The notes under the pieces were generated by a model, which had not been told where the DNA came from, searched no databases, and saw only the letters and a program-made list of their open reading frames with translations. 64,000 bases of DNA, from NCBI GenBank assembly GCA_045603605.1, contig JAZUMJ010000150.1, positions 718-64,717 of the forward strand. The letters run 5' to 3'. Origin of the DNA: Ructibacterium sp. Its GTDB lineage: Bacteria; Bacillota; Clostridia; Monoglobales; Monoglobaceae. This document shows, in pieces, positions 44,901-54,762 of this stretch; position 1 is the stretch's first letter; the number at the start of each line of letters is the position of its first letter. Both the position numbers and the translations under genes were made by a program.

Positions 44901-46082
44901 ACCGCTTCCGGTATCAGGTGCGGGGAATTTTCGTATTTCATCAAGTCCAGATAGATAATCTAACATTGCCTCTTTCGCACTGTTAGCTGAATCTGCCGTA
45001 TCTCTTAATGATGCCGCATAGTCCTGTTGAATACCTATTGCTTTCATGTATGTAGATTTACCCATGATAGCAGATAAAAACATTCCTATATAATCAACTG
45101 CGGTTGCCAATAAATTACAGAATTGAGTAATTAATGGAGCAACTATATTAATAATCGGAGAAAAGGCAGATGCAAAAGAACCCTTTAATGTATTAAGGGC
45201 TGTCATTAAATTGGAAATGTTTGTATTTAATTCATCATCAAATAAGGCTAAATTTCTTAATCCCTCATTTAATGCCTTACGTAAACGTCTGAATAAGAAG
45301 TAAAAACTTCTTATGCCAAATCCATATCGTAATAAAGTTCTGGCAAGTTTTTTAAATGATATATTTGCACCATTACTCTCTCGTTTAGACCTTCTAAACA
45401 ATCCCGGCATAGTCGGTAAAATTTTGCTGATAAATTCTTTCGGACTTTTTAAAGAGGCACCGAATTCCAGCATACTATCAGTTAAATGTCCAAGTGAATT
45501 AATTGCCTGTCTACTTATACTAATTAAGGAACTTAATGCACTAACAACTCCACTTAATACTTGTTTAATTCTACTATATGCAGATACCTGTGTTTTTGCA
45601 TGTGCTTCTGTTTCCTCATCTGCTTGCTGACTTGCATTTATTAAGTCATAATACTGAGTTATCTGGTCTTGTAATTCTTGTATTCTGGCATTTTCACTTG
45701 CAAATGAAGTTTTTTCAAAACCAAGGTCTTTACGAATTTGTTGTTGTTCTAATATTTTTGCTAATTCTTCTTGTGCTTTAGCTAATTTTTCCTGAAGTTT
45801 AGTAGCATCTTCGACAACTGCGGTACTTGATTCTTTAGATGCACTTTTTAATCCTTTAAAATAATCACGTATTCCACGTAAAGTAAACGCACTTTTTAAA
45901 GCATCTGCCATACGTTTACTATCATCACTCATAGAATCATATGCAGTTTTGGCGTGGGATTTAATACCTTCAAATGCATTTGCAAAGTCCTGTTTAAAGT
46001 TATCCAGTGCTTTTTTAAGGCTCGTTAATTGCATTTGAATTGCAACTTTTAATGTTACGGAACCGTCATTTTCTGATGCCAT
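41946..46082 (-). CDS. Tape measure protein
   Basis: 1378 aa, Trp-periodic helical repeats, GEAGREAVLPL and LASGAVIP C-terminal motifs. Confidence 0.92.
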   Translation of the reverse strand: MASENDGSVTLKVAIQMQLTSLKKALDNFKQDFANAFEGIKSHAKTAYDSMSDDSKRMADALKSAFTLRGIRDYFKGLKSASKESSTAVVEDATKLQEKLAKAQEELAKILEQQQIRKDLGFEKTSFASENARIQELQDQITQYYDLINASQQADEETEAHAKTQVSAYSRIKQVLSGVVSALSSLISISRQAINSLGHLTDSMLEFGASLKSPKEFISKILPTMPGLFRRSKRESNGANISFKKLARTLLRYGFGIRSFYFLFRRLRKALNEGLRNLALFDDELNTNISNLMTALNTLKGSFASAFSPIINIVAPLITQFCNLLATAVDYIGMFLSAIMGKSTYMKAIGIQQDYAASLRDTADSANSAKEAMLDYLSGLDEIRKFPAPDTGSGSGGGGGAGSGADKRTIDFEETEIPNSIKSLVATLKDYIKDQDWEGLGEFLADGVNRGLEKVYDIVSWKNIGPKITPVIDAITGTFNSFVDKVDWEKLGRTVGAGLQTLVNIANDFLTKTDFQNLGKKVATAFNGFFAEINWESVGELLGNKIMVLWDMFNGFVHQLDWGAVGNAISSAITGFFETFNFTTIMDTIATFLNGLATTIGTVASDENMWKTIVDNIGSGIDKFLGTFDWEANGRAVGNFILQLFKTLNGLITYDRVKSLAEGIASFLAQIPWGELFKEALQLMWSLVSGVIVGLWTEESGTGKVIVYAIAGWFTVSKIMPIVSSIKKAFGSSTVNKQMETVGSSLGENLGAAAVAAVGAYVANKAVDEYVVPMMDMLNHMPEIQEWSKGKTPEEIAEVFKEGFEIAKSENKQSDAFNFWNWTLGGAVFAPYVDGIMNATEMILEQKEAVEGVEEAWQKVLTSKAIEKTNNGLAKLRDTGVLTQEKTQELAVQLSKLNRSSPKEIRDFFLNSLIPTIKASGGSIKDLGPEFYDLAVTAGLNLTDINKAFEEIPVAADTNIKKSGTAIETYYKSDKWTNVKEQSKSQIKDSVTGKPQDLTDAGTGNAEKASRAMKDFYAKSDIWKNYKKTAQDEMTNAYKVDPTSKGTDASTKAAKGQRDYYSSSNWTTQKSGIQTNMKAPYAIDPTSDGTNASTKAAKGQRNYYSSNDWITQKSGIQTNMKSPYSVDASTQGSNVSASAAKGEVNYFSTSPWSQYKGYVQSSIQSSLNVDASGQAHSTMGSFLGTINSDYMKNQLYQTGQNAGRQLRNGIANVKMPEFTYTVPKALAQGATTKITGRVQIPMASGGLVLGPTSALVGEAGREAVLPLTNKRSMGIIADAIINGLGNKIASLAHIPIPKLASGAVIPANREFIAQLGDQRNGMNLEAPESMLRQIVREESGNSNYHFTAQINRKTLFDEFIKEAKLRQMQSGRNPFEFA
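42580..43000 (-). repeat. About three 129-bp (43-aa) tandem repeats in the tape measure gene
   Basis: DPTS.GT.ASTKAAKGQR.YYSS..W.TQKSGIQTNMK.PY; GCTTTTGTAGATGCA at 42796 and 42925. Confidence 0.85.
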
Positions 46083-46085
46083 ATC

Positions 46086-46673
46086 TTACCTCCTTTCCGC
46101 AGTATTCCATAGTTCTGATAATAAATTATCAGTTTCCTTTTGAGAGGTAGTTCGTAAGTCTACTGTAAAATATTGAGGATTATCTTTTTTAAAGTCACTT
46201 TCGTATTTCTCCAATTTTTTATGTTCAGCAATTTTCTTTCTAATACTAACAATGGTAGATAAAGCACATTCGCCAACTGCATTATAATATCCCATAAATG
46301 TCCACCAATGCACGTATGGTTCATTTCTTATTTCCTTCTTTACAACATTGTTAATAGCTGAACAAATTAATTGTGAATCTTTTTCCCAATCTATAAGTTT
46401 ATAATCGTGACCATTTTGTACTGTCGGTTCTCCGCAATTAAAGAAATCGAACATCTTATCCACAGCTTCCTGTAAGTAAGGATAAGCTGATACATCTGAT
46501 ATATCGGAGAACTCTTCATAAAAAATTAAAACTGCTGTAACAATTCTGTAAGAATCTTCTAATTCTAAATCTTGGAGGGCGTTAAAACAGTCTAAAACCA
46601 TTCTAAAATCGCCCTCTTTTCTTATATGTAATACATCAGATTCAATTTTTATTTCCGTGGGTAATTCGTACAT
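46086..46673 (-). CDS. A118 gp15-like tail assembly chaperone
   Basis: DFR...DWEKD...HWWTF...IR motifs. Confidence 0.85.
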   Translation of the reverse strand: MYELPTEIKIESDVLHIRKEGDFRMVLDCFNALQDLELEDSYRIVTAVLIFYEEFSDISDVSAYPYLQEAVDKMFDFFNCGEPTVQNGHDYKLIDWEKDSQLICSAINNVVKKEIRNEPYVHWWTFMGYYNAVGECALSTIVSIRKKIAEHKKLEKYESDFKKDNPQYFTVDLRTTSQKETDNLLSELWNTAERR

Positions 46674-47114
46674 TTATTTTTTAATGTATTTTTCGGTATG
46701 TGCTTTTATTCGCTTCTGAATTTTCTTTGTTTCTTCTGCGAGATTCTTTTCATATAATGGCAGTAAAGTATTAATTATATGTTCAAATCTGAACTCACCG
46801 TTAATCGGGTCAAATAATGAGCCGTGGTCAATACATACTTCGCATACATTGGAATCAAAAATAAAATCTATTGCATTACGCATAGCTTTGTCCACGGAAT
46901 CAAATAAATCTACAATTTCATCTGCATTGTTGCTGTCCTTCAGAATTTCATTGACTTGTCCGATTTTATTGCCTTCTTCAACAAGAACAGGATACATTTT
47001 CTCAAATCTTGCCACTACTTTAATATCAGCAGTATCAAGTTCAAGGATTTTATCACCTATATGAAATTGCTGTTTATTTAAGACCGATAAATCAATTACA
47101 TTGTTACTACTCAT
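46674..47114 (-). CDS. Tail assembly chaperone
   Basis: Position between the tail tube and gp15-like genes. Confidence 0.7.
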   Translation of the reverse strand: MSSNNVIDLSVLNKQQFHIGDKILELDTADIKVVARFEKMYPVLVEEGNKIGQVNEILKDSNNADEIVDLFDSVDKAMRNAIDFIFDSNVCEVCIDHGSLFDPINGEFRFEHIINTLLPLYEKNLAEETKKIQKRIKAHTEKYIKK

Positions 47115-47138
47115 TCTTTTCCTCCTCACAAATTGCTA

Positions 47139-47648
47139 TTAAGCAGGTGTAAACTCAAACGTATCGGCAAGAGAATCTACAGTGCCTTCCACAATATCAT
47201 TACTGTAATGAACTTCCAGCGGCATGCTTACAAAACTGTCTCCGCCCATACTTGTCGGAATTATAGAACAGTTTTTATGTTTAACCGCATAGTATCCATT
47301 AGTTGAATCTCCCTTAAATGCAGTAATAATGTAAACGTCAAATACATTACTATATGCCTGAATATCATTTTTAAGTGCTGCCTCAGCCATATATTCTGCA
47401 AGCGGAGAACCACCCATCACATAGAACGGATCAAATGACTGTTGCGGTTCTGTCTTATTAACGTCTGTATAGGTGATACCAAGAATATCTGTAGTAGTCT
47501 CAATATCTGCATTAAAATCAATACTGGAATCTTCAGTTCTTGCTCCAAGAATCTGTCTTGTAGTGGTAGTAGCACCTGCAGGCCACTCAGCTACGGTAAT
47601 GAGTGTTTTTCTCTCGGCTCTTTTGCCTGTTTCAAGATTAAGCGCCAT
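47139..47648 (-). CDS. Major tail tube protein
   Basis: Size, beta-rich composition, synteny. Confidence 0.8.
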   Translation of the reverse strand: MALNLETGKRAERKTLITVAEWPAGATTTTRQILGARTEDSSIDFNADIETTTDILGITYTDVNKTEPQQSFDPFYVMGGSPLAEYMAEAALKNDIQAYSNVFDVYIITAFKGDSTNGYYAVKHKNCSIIPTSMGGDSFVSMPLEVHYSNDIVEGTVDSLADTFEFTPA

Positions 47649-47654
47649 TTGCAA

Positions 47655-48140
47655 TTACCTCCATAATCTTTTACTATTATCTATATAATTAATTCGTATG
47701 GCAATACTATACTTTGCTAATGCGGGAGATAGAGATGTATCAACTCCATTTAGTCTGGGATTTTCAGTAAGAACTTCCATATTTTCAATTTCACAATCCT
47801 CTCCAAAATCCGGATAATTATGAATATTTTCTTGTTCGTTTATCCAGTCTATTATGCCTTGTACATCTAACATCTCCTCGACATTTTCATTTACATATCC
47901 TGCTTGTTTTACAATTGCCTGATATGCTATTGATTTATAATCAATGATGGTAAATGTATATTGTTTTAATACACTTCCATCAATATAAGGTTTTTGAACA
48001 CTCTTGTCATTGGCAATAGTTACAAATTGTTTGGTATCATCTTTAGCCTGAATAAAGTTAAAGAATAATGGATTATCACGAATTTGCGGACAAGTTATAA
48101 GATATTCAATTATCGCCTGATTTTTATCCGTATAACTCAT
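47655..48140 (-). CDS. Tail terminator
   Basis: YIDGS...Y.F, WI.EQ...YPDFG, A.Y.I.I.I.Y; synteny. Confidence 0.75.
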   Translation of the reverse strand: MSYTDKNQAIIEYLITCPQIRDNPLFFNFIQAKDDTKQFVTIANDKSVQKPYIDGSVLKQYTFTIIDYKSIAYQAIVKQAGYVNENVEEMLDVQGIIDWINEQENIHNYPDFGEDCEIENMEVLTENPRLNGVDTSLSPALAKYSIAIRINYIDNSKRLWR

Positions 48141-48693
48141 TGAATCTCCTTATTAGTATATCTTTCACCGCTTGTGTAAATTCGTCACCATTAACTTCCA
48201 TCATAGCCTGGTCCCAATGATGCGTTGCTAACGGATGAACAGTTCTGTTATATCCAAAATCCCATTCAATAGATTCAGCATCAGTCGAAGGCTTTACATA
48301 CTCCCCGTTTGCATTTAATACCCAAACAGGTTTTAATACAGCGTGCCCTTCCGATCCCATCTCTCTGCCTGTTGGATGTTTACTACCATTTCCGCTCGGA
48401 CCTCTCCACCCCGGAGTATCATAAGATTCCCATCCCGGAAGGTTTGGTCCGTATACAATTCCTTCATATTGATAATGAGCGTATGGACCAGGATATGTAA
48501 CACCTTCAGCAGTAATTTGTGCTCCCTCATACATACTGCCTGTATTAGCAGGAACATATGGCTCCATTAATTTGGCATAAATTTTATAGATTTCAACCAT
48601 TGTTTCCTCATCTGTTAATACCTTACGTAAATCATCAGATAAGAAACCAATTGTATAATCTAAATTTATATCAAATGTAATTCCATCTGCCAT
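48124..48693 (-). CDS. Neck/tail-completion protein (minor capsid 2-like)
   Basis: PYVP..TG, PYAHYQYEG, HPLA..HW. Confidence 0.78.
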   Translation of the reverse strand: MADGITFDINLDYTIGFLSDDLRKVLTDEETMVEIYKIYAKLMEPYVPANTGSMYEGAQITAEGVTYPGPYAHYQYEGIVYGPNLPGWESYDTPGWRGPSGNGSKHPTGREMGSEGHAVLKPVWVLNANGEYVKPSTDAESIEWDFGYNRTVHPLATHHWDQAMMEVNGDEFTQAVKDILIRRFNELYG

Positions 48694-48694
48694 T

Positions 48695-49141
48695 TTAATT
48701 TCCTATCGCCAAATAGTGTTCATTACATCTGCCTTTTCCGACATTAATAGCAACAGTTTCAATCAGCATACATCCCTGTAATTCTTTGTATTTAGCTACC
48801 AAATCAGATGACCTATGATTTCTGGCATATTCATCAATTTCATCTGAAACTTCGCCTCTAACAATAATATCACCTACACCGAGAGTAAAATACTCTCCCA
48901 TAGTATCGTTGGGTAATTCTACCCATTCATATCGTTCTTTGAATAAATCATCTTTAGGAATTCTGCAAATAATATTACTTGTTTCCAATACAGATTCATC
49001 TATCCGCATAACTTCTCTATGATATTTCCAAAAACAATTAGGAACAACATGACGATACCATGTAATTATTTGTGTGGTAGCATCTTCGTATTTATTGTAA
49101 ATCGTAAGTGTTTGTTCCCACCATACTGGATAATCATTCAT
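48695..49141 (-). CDS. Head closure protein
   Basis: TIYNK...FTL..GD.IV.G; synteny. Confidence 0.7.
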   Translation of the reverse strand: MNDYPVWWEQTLTIYNKYEDATTQIITWYRHVVPNCFWKYHREVMRIDESVLETSNIICRIPKDDLFKERYEWVELPNDTMGEYFTLGVGDIIVRGEVSDEIDEYARNHRSSDLVAKYKELQGCMLIETVAINVGKGRCNEHYLAIGN

Positions 49142-49577
49142 TGGGATATATACCTCGATATAAAACTTTACGTCCTAACGCATCTGTTACGCCTTGCAGA
49201 TACTTATTGATACAATTTTCTATCTCGTCTTTTGACCTATCCATTAATTCCCTTGCTGATAAAATGTTATAACTGGTTGACACACCATCATTCGATTGAC
49301 TATCAATTTTAGATATTCCCGGAGATTGAGATTCAGATGAATCACTATTTACGGGATTCATAAAAGTTTTAATGGTATACAATAAATCAATTAAATTATA
49401 TGCACACCTATGTACTTTTTCATCTAAATTTTCCTCATCAATTTTGTGCAATCTATTGAATGTGCGCCAATCAATTTCTGCCTCAGCCTCAAACTCTAAT
49501 TGATTAAAGGTGGTTTCATCTAATGTTCCACCATATTCTTGATATTGCTCATAGGTTAAATACATTGATTCCACCAC
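49134..49577 (-). CDS. Head-tail adaptor
   Basis: YLTYEQY...TFNRL...SNDGVS.SY...LYRG. Confidence 0.8.
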   Translation of the reverse strand: MVESMYLTYEQYQEYGGTLDETTFNQLEFEAEAEIDWRTFNRLHKIDEENLDEKVHRCAYNLIDLLYTIKTFMNPVNSDSSESQSPGISKIDSQSNDGVSTSYNILSARELMDRSKDEIENCINKYLQGVTDALGRKVLYRGIYPNE

Positions 49578-49585
49578 CTTTTCAA

Positions 49586-49852
49586 TTATTTCTTTTTCAG
49601 CTTTGAAATTTCCTTTTTCAGTTTAGAAATCTCTGCATAAGCATCTTGTAATGTAGCATCTTTTTGATTAATTTCTTCCTGCATTTCAAAGATTCTCATT
49701 TGCAGTTCCGCAGCCTCGTGCGGAACTGCCTTCTCTATAATCTCGCCGGTCTCCCCATTAATCACATTGTAGCCCTTATTACGATAATGCTGGATAGTAT
49801 CAATATCATCTGCAACTTGTAGAATTACATTTGACCTCTGTACCGTTGCCAT
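49586..49852 (-). CDS. Small coiled-coil protein after the capsid gene
   Basis: GGAG RBS, synteny. Confidence 0.7.
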   Translation of the reverse strand: MATVQRSNVILQVADDIDTIQHYRNKGYNVINGETGEIIEKAVPHEAAELQMRIFEMQEEINQKDATLQDAYAEISKLKKEISKLKKK

Positions 49853-49867
49853 TGATTATTCTCCTAA

Positions 49868-50881
49868 TCAATCATTAGTTGTAGTTGTTGTGGTAGTTCC
49901 TGAACCAGCCGTAATGTTGAACTGAAGTGCATCAGCCTTCTTATTAAGGATAAACGCATCTTCAAACGATTCCTCGTAATAAACCCATTTACCCTCAGAC
50001 AGTGCTGACGGAGCATCAAGTTTACTAAACGTATAAGATACCGGTGTGATAACTGCTGTCGGATGTACAAGGAACATATTAATCTGAGACGCACTTGCTG
50101 CCGGTGCCCAGCCAGTTGTGAAGTCATAGGCTGTTTTCATGAGTGTTGCAGGAACACCAATTACCTGTACCTCATCAAGCCTGTTTACACGCCTGTCAAT
50201 AGCGTTCGGACCTGATGTTACATCAATGCTTCTTCCAAGAGTGTTATTAGCATCAATCTGTGCGTTCTTAAGGAGTTGCATTGCTTCATGTGTAATGTAC
50301 AGAATTCTACCATTAGCAGGCACACGAGCATTATCCATATTAAGCATCATATCATCAAATACACCGAGGATACTCTGCTTAGTAAGTGCTGTGGTATCTG
50401 CTGTTTTGCCGGTATAAGCACCGTGAGCAGAATCGCCTGAAATAGAAGTTGTCCAGAGTGAATACAGCCTGGAAATCAGATAAGCATCCATCTCGGGGAA
50501 CTTCTGTTCCTCATTGAATACCTGAGTGATATTAGCAATGGTATTAACCATGTTAGACTGGTCAATGTCCATCGGATGAACAAGTGTGGACCATTTTCTT
50601 TCATTCTCAAGAGTCTTGGTTTCCCACTTGTTATCATAGTTTCTCTGAGCCATTGCTACGGTATCTCTGTCAGCATCAACACGACCTGTGGTAGAAATGC
50701 TCGGAATCTCAATTGTCTTAGAGTTTACCCAACGGTATCTTCCGTTATTAGGAGTGGAATACAGAGCGCCAAAGTTAAGAGCATACGGAAATGCTTGTGC
50801 AAGGGCTCTGCCATATTCTGTTGCATAGTTTACGGCACCTACATTTGAATTAGCACCGCCGTTTGTTGCGGGATTTCCCAT
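49868..50881 (-). CDS. Major capsid protein with C-terminal poly-Thr tail
   Basis: NYATEY...IEIP.I.TTG..D..R...D.D..N...F.EE...PEMDAY; ends GSGTTTTTTTND. Confidence 0.9.
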   Translation of the reverse strand: MGNPATNGGANSNVGAVNYATEYGRALAQAFPYALNFGALYSTPNNGRYRWVNSKTIEIPSISTTGRVDADRDTVAMAQRNYDNKWETKTLENERKWSTLVHPMDIDQSNMVNTIANITQVFNEEQKFPEMDAYLISRLYSLWTTSISGDSAHGAYTGKTADTTALTKQSILGVFDDMMLNMDNARVPANGRILYITHEAMQLLKNAQIDANNTLGRSIDVTSGPNAIDRRVNRLDEVQVIGVPATLMKTAYDFTTGWAPAASASQINMFLVHPTAVITPVSYTFSKLDAPSALSEGKWVYYEESFEDAFILNKKADALQFNITAGSGTTTTTTTND

Positions 50882-50898
50882 AATTTAATCCTCCTGTG

Positions 50899-51561
50899 TT
50901 AATTATCTTTCTTGGGGTGAACATAGTTAAAATGAAATGCTTTACTAAATCCACCTGTACTGTCCTCGGGAACAGGATTTGTATCCTGAGTTGAAGCTAC
51001 AAACATAGGTTTTTGATGTGCTTGTCCGTTATTCTCTGATTCTACAACAAAAGCATCAGCATTTTCCTGTGAATACATAGATACAAAATCTTCTGCTCCT
51101 ATAATCCTATCATTTTCAACCTGAAGATTTTTTGACAACATGGAATTGATAAAATCTCTTTTGGCAGCATTACTTGTAAATTTTTTGGAATTAGCGAATT
51201 CCTTTACAGCGAACTGATAAGCCTGTTCCTTCAATTGTTTCTGATATGCTTTAGTATCCTTATCATACTGCTTTTGAAGGTCTGCAAATTTACTATTTAC
51301 CTCGTTCAGTTTTTCAGTATCGGTTCCTGCATTTTTAAGTTGTTCCTGTAAACTTGCTAAATCTGTATCCCGTGTTGCTATCGTATCAGTTAGTGTGGTA
51401 ATCCTTGTATCCCGATTAGCTAATTCATCGGTATATTTTTGTTTCGATACATAATTACCTTCTGATAAATCTGTAAATTTTGCACCCTCTGATAACGTAA
51501 CAAACTGGTCATACGTTAAAGTACCGCTTTCAGATTTTTTAAATAATTCCTCGATTGTCAT
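50899..51561 (-). CDS. Scaffolding protein (phage GP20-like)
   Basis: GNYVSKQKY, long coiled coil; upstream of the capsid gene; GGAGGAG RBS before ATG 51561. Confidence 0.85.
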   Translation of the reverse strand: MTIEELFKKSESGTLTYDQFVTLSEGAKFTDLSEGNYVSKQKYTDELANRDTRITTLTDTIATRDTDLASLQEQLKNAGTDTEKLNEVNSKFADLQKQYDKDTKAYQKQLKEQAYQFAVKEFANSKKFTSNAAKRDFINSMLSKNLQVENDRIIGAEDFVSMYSQENADAFVVESENNGQAHQKPMFVASTQDTNPVPEDSTGGFSKAFHFNYVHPKKDN

Positions 51562-51571
51562 TCTAATCTCC

Positions 51572-51665
51572 TCCACATTCTTTTATATCAGTTTAGCTTG
51601 TAAATCCGCAGGTACTGTCTGCGTTTGAATGTGCATACATTTATATGTCGATATGCTGGACTATA
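51572..51665 (-). promoter_or_regulatory. Pseudoknotted leader of the scaffold/capsid operon
   Basis: GTC-CAGCATATC-GAC...GTATGC; CGCAG-ACAGTAC-CTGCG...ACTG; CACATTC/GAATGTG stem abutting the SD. Confidence 0.55.
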
Positions 51666-51767
51666 TGTAAAGAGTAATGTTCTTGTCCTCCACTCAACCC
51701 CACTCCTAAAAATGAAATTGAGTGAAGGTTTTAAAATGAGGAAAAGAATGAAATCTCTTCACCATTA

Positions 51768-51796
51768 ATTATAGTATAGTTTTTAAAAAATGTAAA
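51768..51796 (-). promoter_or_regulatory. sigmaA-type promoter
   Basis: TTTACA-N17-TATAAT. Confidence 0.65.
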
Positions 51797-51807
51797 TATT
51801 TTCTTAA

Positions 51808-53010
51808 CTATTTTGTAACAATATTAATCGCCTCATCATCTGTTGGCAATCCGCATGAATTACTAAATTCTTCATACAAGGAAATTCTATTTGCTATCTT
51901 TGCCTTATAATCGTTTTGTAACATTTTATCTCCAGTTATTTTAGCAAAATATAATCCTGTTTTTGCTTGACGTATTCTATATTCATATTGCCGTTGCCGT
52001 TGTGTACATTCGTACATTGTTAAATGTTTACCATTAGGCAATGTATATCCCGTATTATTTTCATCAATAAATGCTTGCAGTTGCCTTTTTGTATATGTAG
52101 GCTTTGAGTACCCTAATATAATAGAAATAGCAAAATGTCTACAATTCCAAACGCCGATTATTCTCTCAACACCCATAAAATGCTGTCCATCTACATCTTG
52201 AAAATCCATGCTACTTTGTAACTTATCCCAATTTTCATTCGTAAACATATGACCTTGAAATGGCTCATGGTCTGGCGCAGAGAATTGATGCGCTGATAGT
52301 TCTTTACCATCTGAATCGACTTGTTCACCTATTTCATCTTCAATATTCTGTTGCACTAATTTAATGCCATCTAAAATATTATTTCTGACAGCAGAATCCA
52401 TTCTTTGTGTGTAAACATTCCCGTTATCATCATAATACACCGAAGTTAATCCGCTATTAATTAATTGCTTACTTGTTCTCCGCATTACTGTGTTATAATC
52501 AAGAGGATTATTTTGAACTGATTGTACACATTCATTAACCACGGATTGATATGTTTCCTCAACTGATGTTGGAGTTAAAGTTTGAGGATTTTTTAAATCT
52601 CTAATAATATAAGACGGATGAGAATATAAACCTTTAAAAACTGATTCAACTTCATCAGCCACTTTTGATAAAACTGTTTGGACACCTTTATTTTTCTTAA
52701 ACGGGATAAATTCAATGTTTCTATAATCATACAACGGCTTAGAATCATTGTATGTTGCTTCTGCAACATACGTAAGGACAGCTATTAATTCTGCCAACTG
52801 AATTGCAATTAAATCATCAATATGACTCCTTAATTTTTTTGCCTCTGGTTGTGATGCTTGTTTTTTAAGTAGGGAAGTAGAATTTGAGGAATCTACTTCT
52901 CCTACTTGTTTTATTGCTTGGCCATATATTCGCAAAGCATCTAAATTCATTAATTCCTGTCTTTTAATGAGAGGTTTTATTAAGTTTTCAACTTGATTAT
53001 CTGTCAGCAT
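51808..53010 (-). CDS. Minor capsid protein (MuF/Phage_min_cap2-like)
   Basis: SAH...PDH..FQG, NCRH, Y..TQ.QR.YE..IR. Confidence 0.85.
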   Translation of the reverse strand: MLTDNQVENLIKPLIKRQELMNLDALRIYGQAIKQVGEVDSSNSTSLLKKQASQPEAKKLRSHIDDLIAIQLAELIAVLTYVAEATYNDSKPLYDYRNIEFIPFKKNKGVQTVLSKVADEVESVFKGLYSHPSYIIRDLKNPQTLTPTSVEETYQSVVNECVQSVQNNPLDYNTVMRRTSKQLINSGLTSVYYDDNGNVYTQRMDSAVRNNILDGIKLVQQNIEDEIGEQVDSDGKELSAHQFSAPDHEPFQGHMFTNENWDKLQSSMDFQDVDGQHFMGVERIIGVWNCRHFAISIILGYSKPTYTKRQLQAFIDENNTGYTLPNGKHLTMYECTQRQRQYEYRIRQAKTGLYFAKITGDKMLQNDYKAKIANRISLYEEFSNSCGLPTDDEAINIVTK

Positions 53011-53012
53011 TA

Positions 53013-54749
53013 TTACGTATCCTCTACATTAATATCCTCATTTATTTTGGCATTATTTGGATTTGCATTTCCTATAATATCTCGGCTTAAATTCGATTGA
53101 ACTATCATGTTGTCTTTCATGGCATTGATGTTCTCTATATGAATTTTTGCAAGTGCTTCCCGTGCCTGAGATTCAGTTTCACCAAAATACCACATACGAT
53201 TTTCAACCTTACTAATTAAACCGTTTTGCTGTAAGGTAATTCTTTTACTTAATTCTGTATCAATATCAACAATAATGGAATCGTCCCATTCAAATGATAC
53301 GTTATATTCGCCATCAGCCGTTATATTGTACAGGTCACAATATACATCCATTATATAAATTACATCTCGTAACGCATATTCAATACTTTTCTGGATGTCC
53401 GCATTTGTTTGATATGACCTCTGTCTAAGTATTTTCAATTCTGTTGCGGTTTTTGCATCCTGCGTAGCATCTGACAGCGTACCTCTGGATAATCCTGTAA
53501 CATCTTCAATTCGCATTAGAATGGTGTTTAAGCCTGCATTATAACTCACATCACGTAATACAGGAGCATAGGGAGCAAATAATTCATCTGCACCCACATC
53601 TACCTGTCTATACAAACGCTCCTGCATCATAGGCAATACAGTATGGTCATTTCCTTTAGCATCCTGCATAAATTTGAAAGCATCTCTATCAATATTAATA
53701 GCCATCTCTCCGCCTTCAAATTCCCACAGCAATCTTGAATACTGCATATCAGCATCCTTAATAAGATTTACAGCTTTAGAAAATCCACTCACACCTAAAG
53801 GACTTGTTGTATCAACTGTATTGGCTTCTGGCATTTTAAAATATGCAAAGAGTGGTTGCGTAACATTGTCAATTACAGTTTCTTCCTGTAAATCCTTCCA
53901 CTCAGATATAGTTGAGAGCGGAACTTCTTTACCAAGTCCGTAATCATTATTAGATACCTCAGCATCTGAACTCAATGATTTATACGCCTTATTAATAACC
54001 TTTACACTATTATTTTCCCACTTATGATATTCTAATCGTCTATAAACATTATCTGCCTCTACTTTGGTCTGTAAAAAAGCTGCCTCCGTAATTCTTCCTG
54101 AAGCATCAAAAGCAAGCGGATAAAATTCATCAGCCTGCACAAATTCAAATTCTATCTCCATAGCACTTCCAGTATCTTCATTTATAGAAGGACTATTAAC
54201 AACGTATGGCTTAATTACTAATCCGCCCTTAGCAATGCCATATTCAATCTCTTTTCTAATGACCCGTTTTAATTTTTCATACTGTTTATTTAGATATTCA
54301 GCCCTCGCTGAATTACCTACCGGTACATCTTGTTTTATGGCAGGTTCAATGTTCGTTAAATTATTGACCTGAATTTCTGATGTATCAGAAGCATCATTGT
54401 CCATTAAAGTATTATCTGTAATAGATGTTCTATAATTTAATTCTGGTGTTTCTTCTTCAACAAGCGGAACAGTAATTTCAGATGTTAATTCCAGTAATGC
54501 CATCCTTGCTTTCTCACTTGCTATCATTGCAGGAAGTCCTAAAGATGTAATACGAACCGGATTATTATAATCAGGTTCTCTTAGCCACGGCGCCTCATCT
54601 CTATACATTTTACTCCATAAATCTATTGCATCTTCCATCTTTTTGGAAATAAGCGGAGTAACATGTAAAACCTCTTCTATTGTTTTTACACCGAACATTT
54701 TTACTAAAATCTCCTTTAACTTATTCACAACTGTAGACCAGATTGACAT
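53013..54749 (-). CDS. Portal protein (A118/SPP1-like)
   Basis: YRRLEYH, PLFAYFK.P.AN..D..SPLGVS, GLSRGT, KTATE, FEWDDSI. Confidence 0.92.
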   Translation of the reverse strand: MSIWSTVVNKLKEILVKMFGVKTIEEVLHVTPLISKKMEDAIDLWSKMYRDEAPWLREPDYNNPVRITSLGLPAMIASEKARMALLELTSEITVPLVEEETPELNYRTSITDNTLMDNDASDTSEIQVNNLTNIEPAIKQDVPVGNSARAEYLNKQYEKLKRVIRKEIEYGIAKGGLVIKPYVVNSPSINEDTGSAMEIEFEFVQADEFYPLAFDASGRITEAAFLQTKVEADNVYRRLEYHKWENNSVKVINKAYKSLSSDAEVSNNDYGLGKEVPLSTISEWKDLQEETVIDNVTQPLFAYFKMPEANTVDTTSPLGVSGFSKAVNLIKDADMQYSRLLWEFEGGEMAINIDRDAFKFMQDAKGNDHTVLPMMQERLYRQVDVGADELFAPYAPVLRDVSYNAGLNTILMRIEDVTGLSRGTLSDATQDAKTATELKILRQRSYQTNADIQKSIEYALRDVIYIMDVYCDLYNITADGEYNVSFEWDDSIIVDIDTELSKRITLQQNGLISKVENRMWYFGETESQAREALAKIHIENINAMKDNMIVQSNLSRDIIGNANPNNAKINEDINVEDT

Positions 54750-54762
54750 AGTATATTTCCTC

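Noticed and set aside
46660-46690. Programmed frameshift between tail chaperone genes
   Set aside because: The genes are in frame and separated by TAA-ATG; I found no convincing slippery site joining them, and A118 gp15-type genes are usually separate
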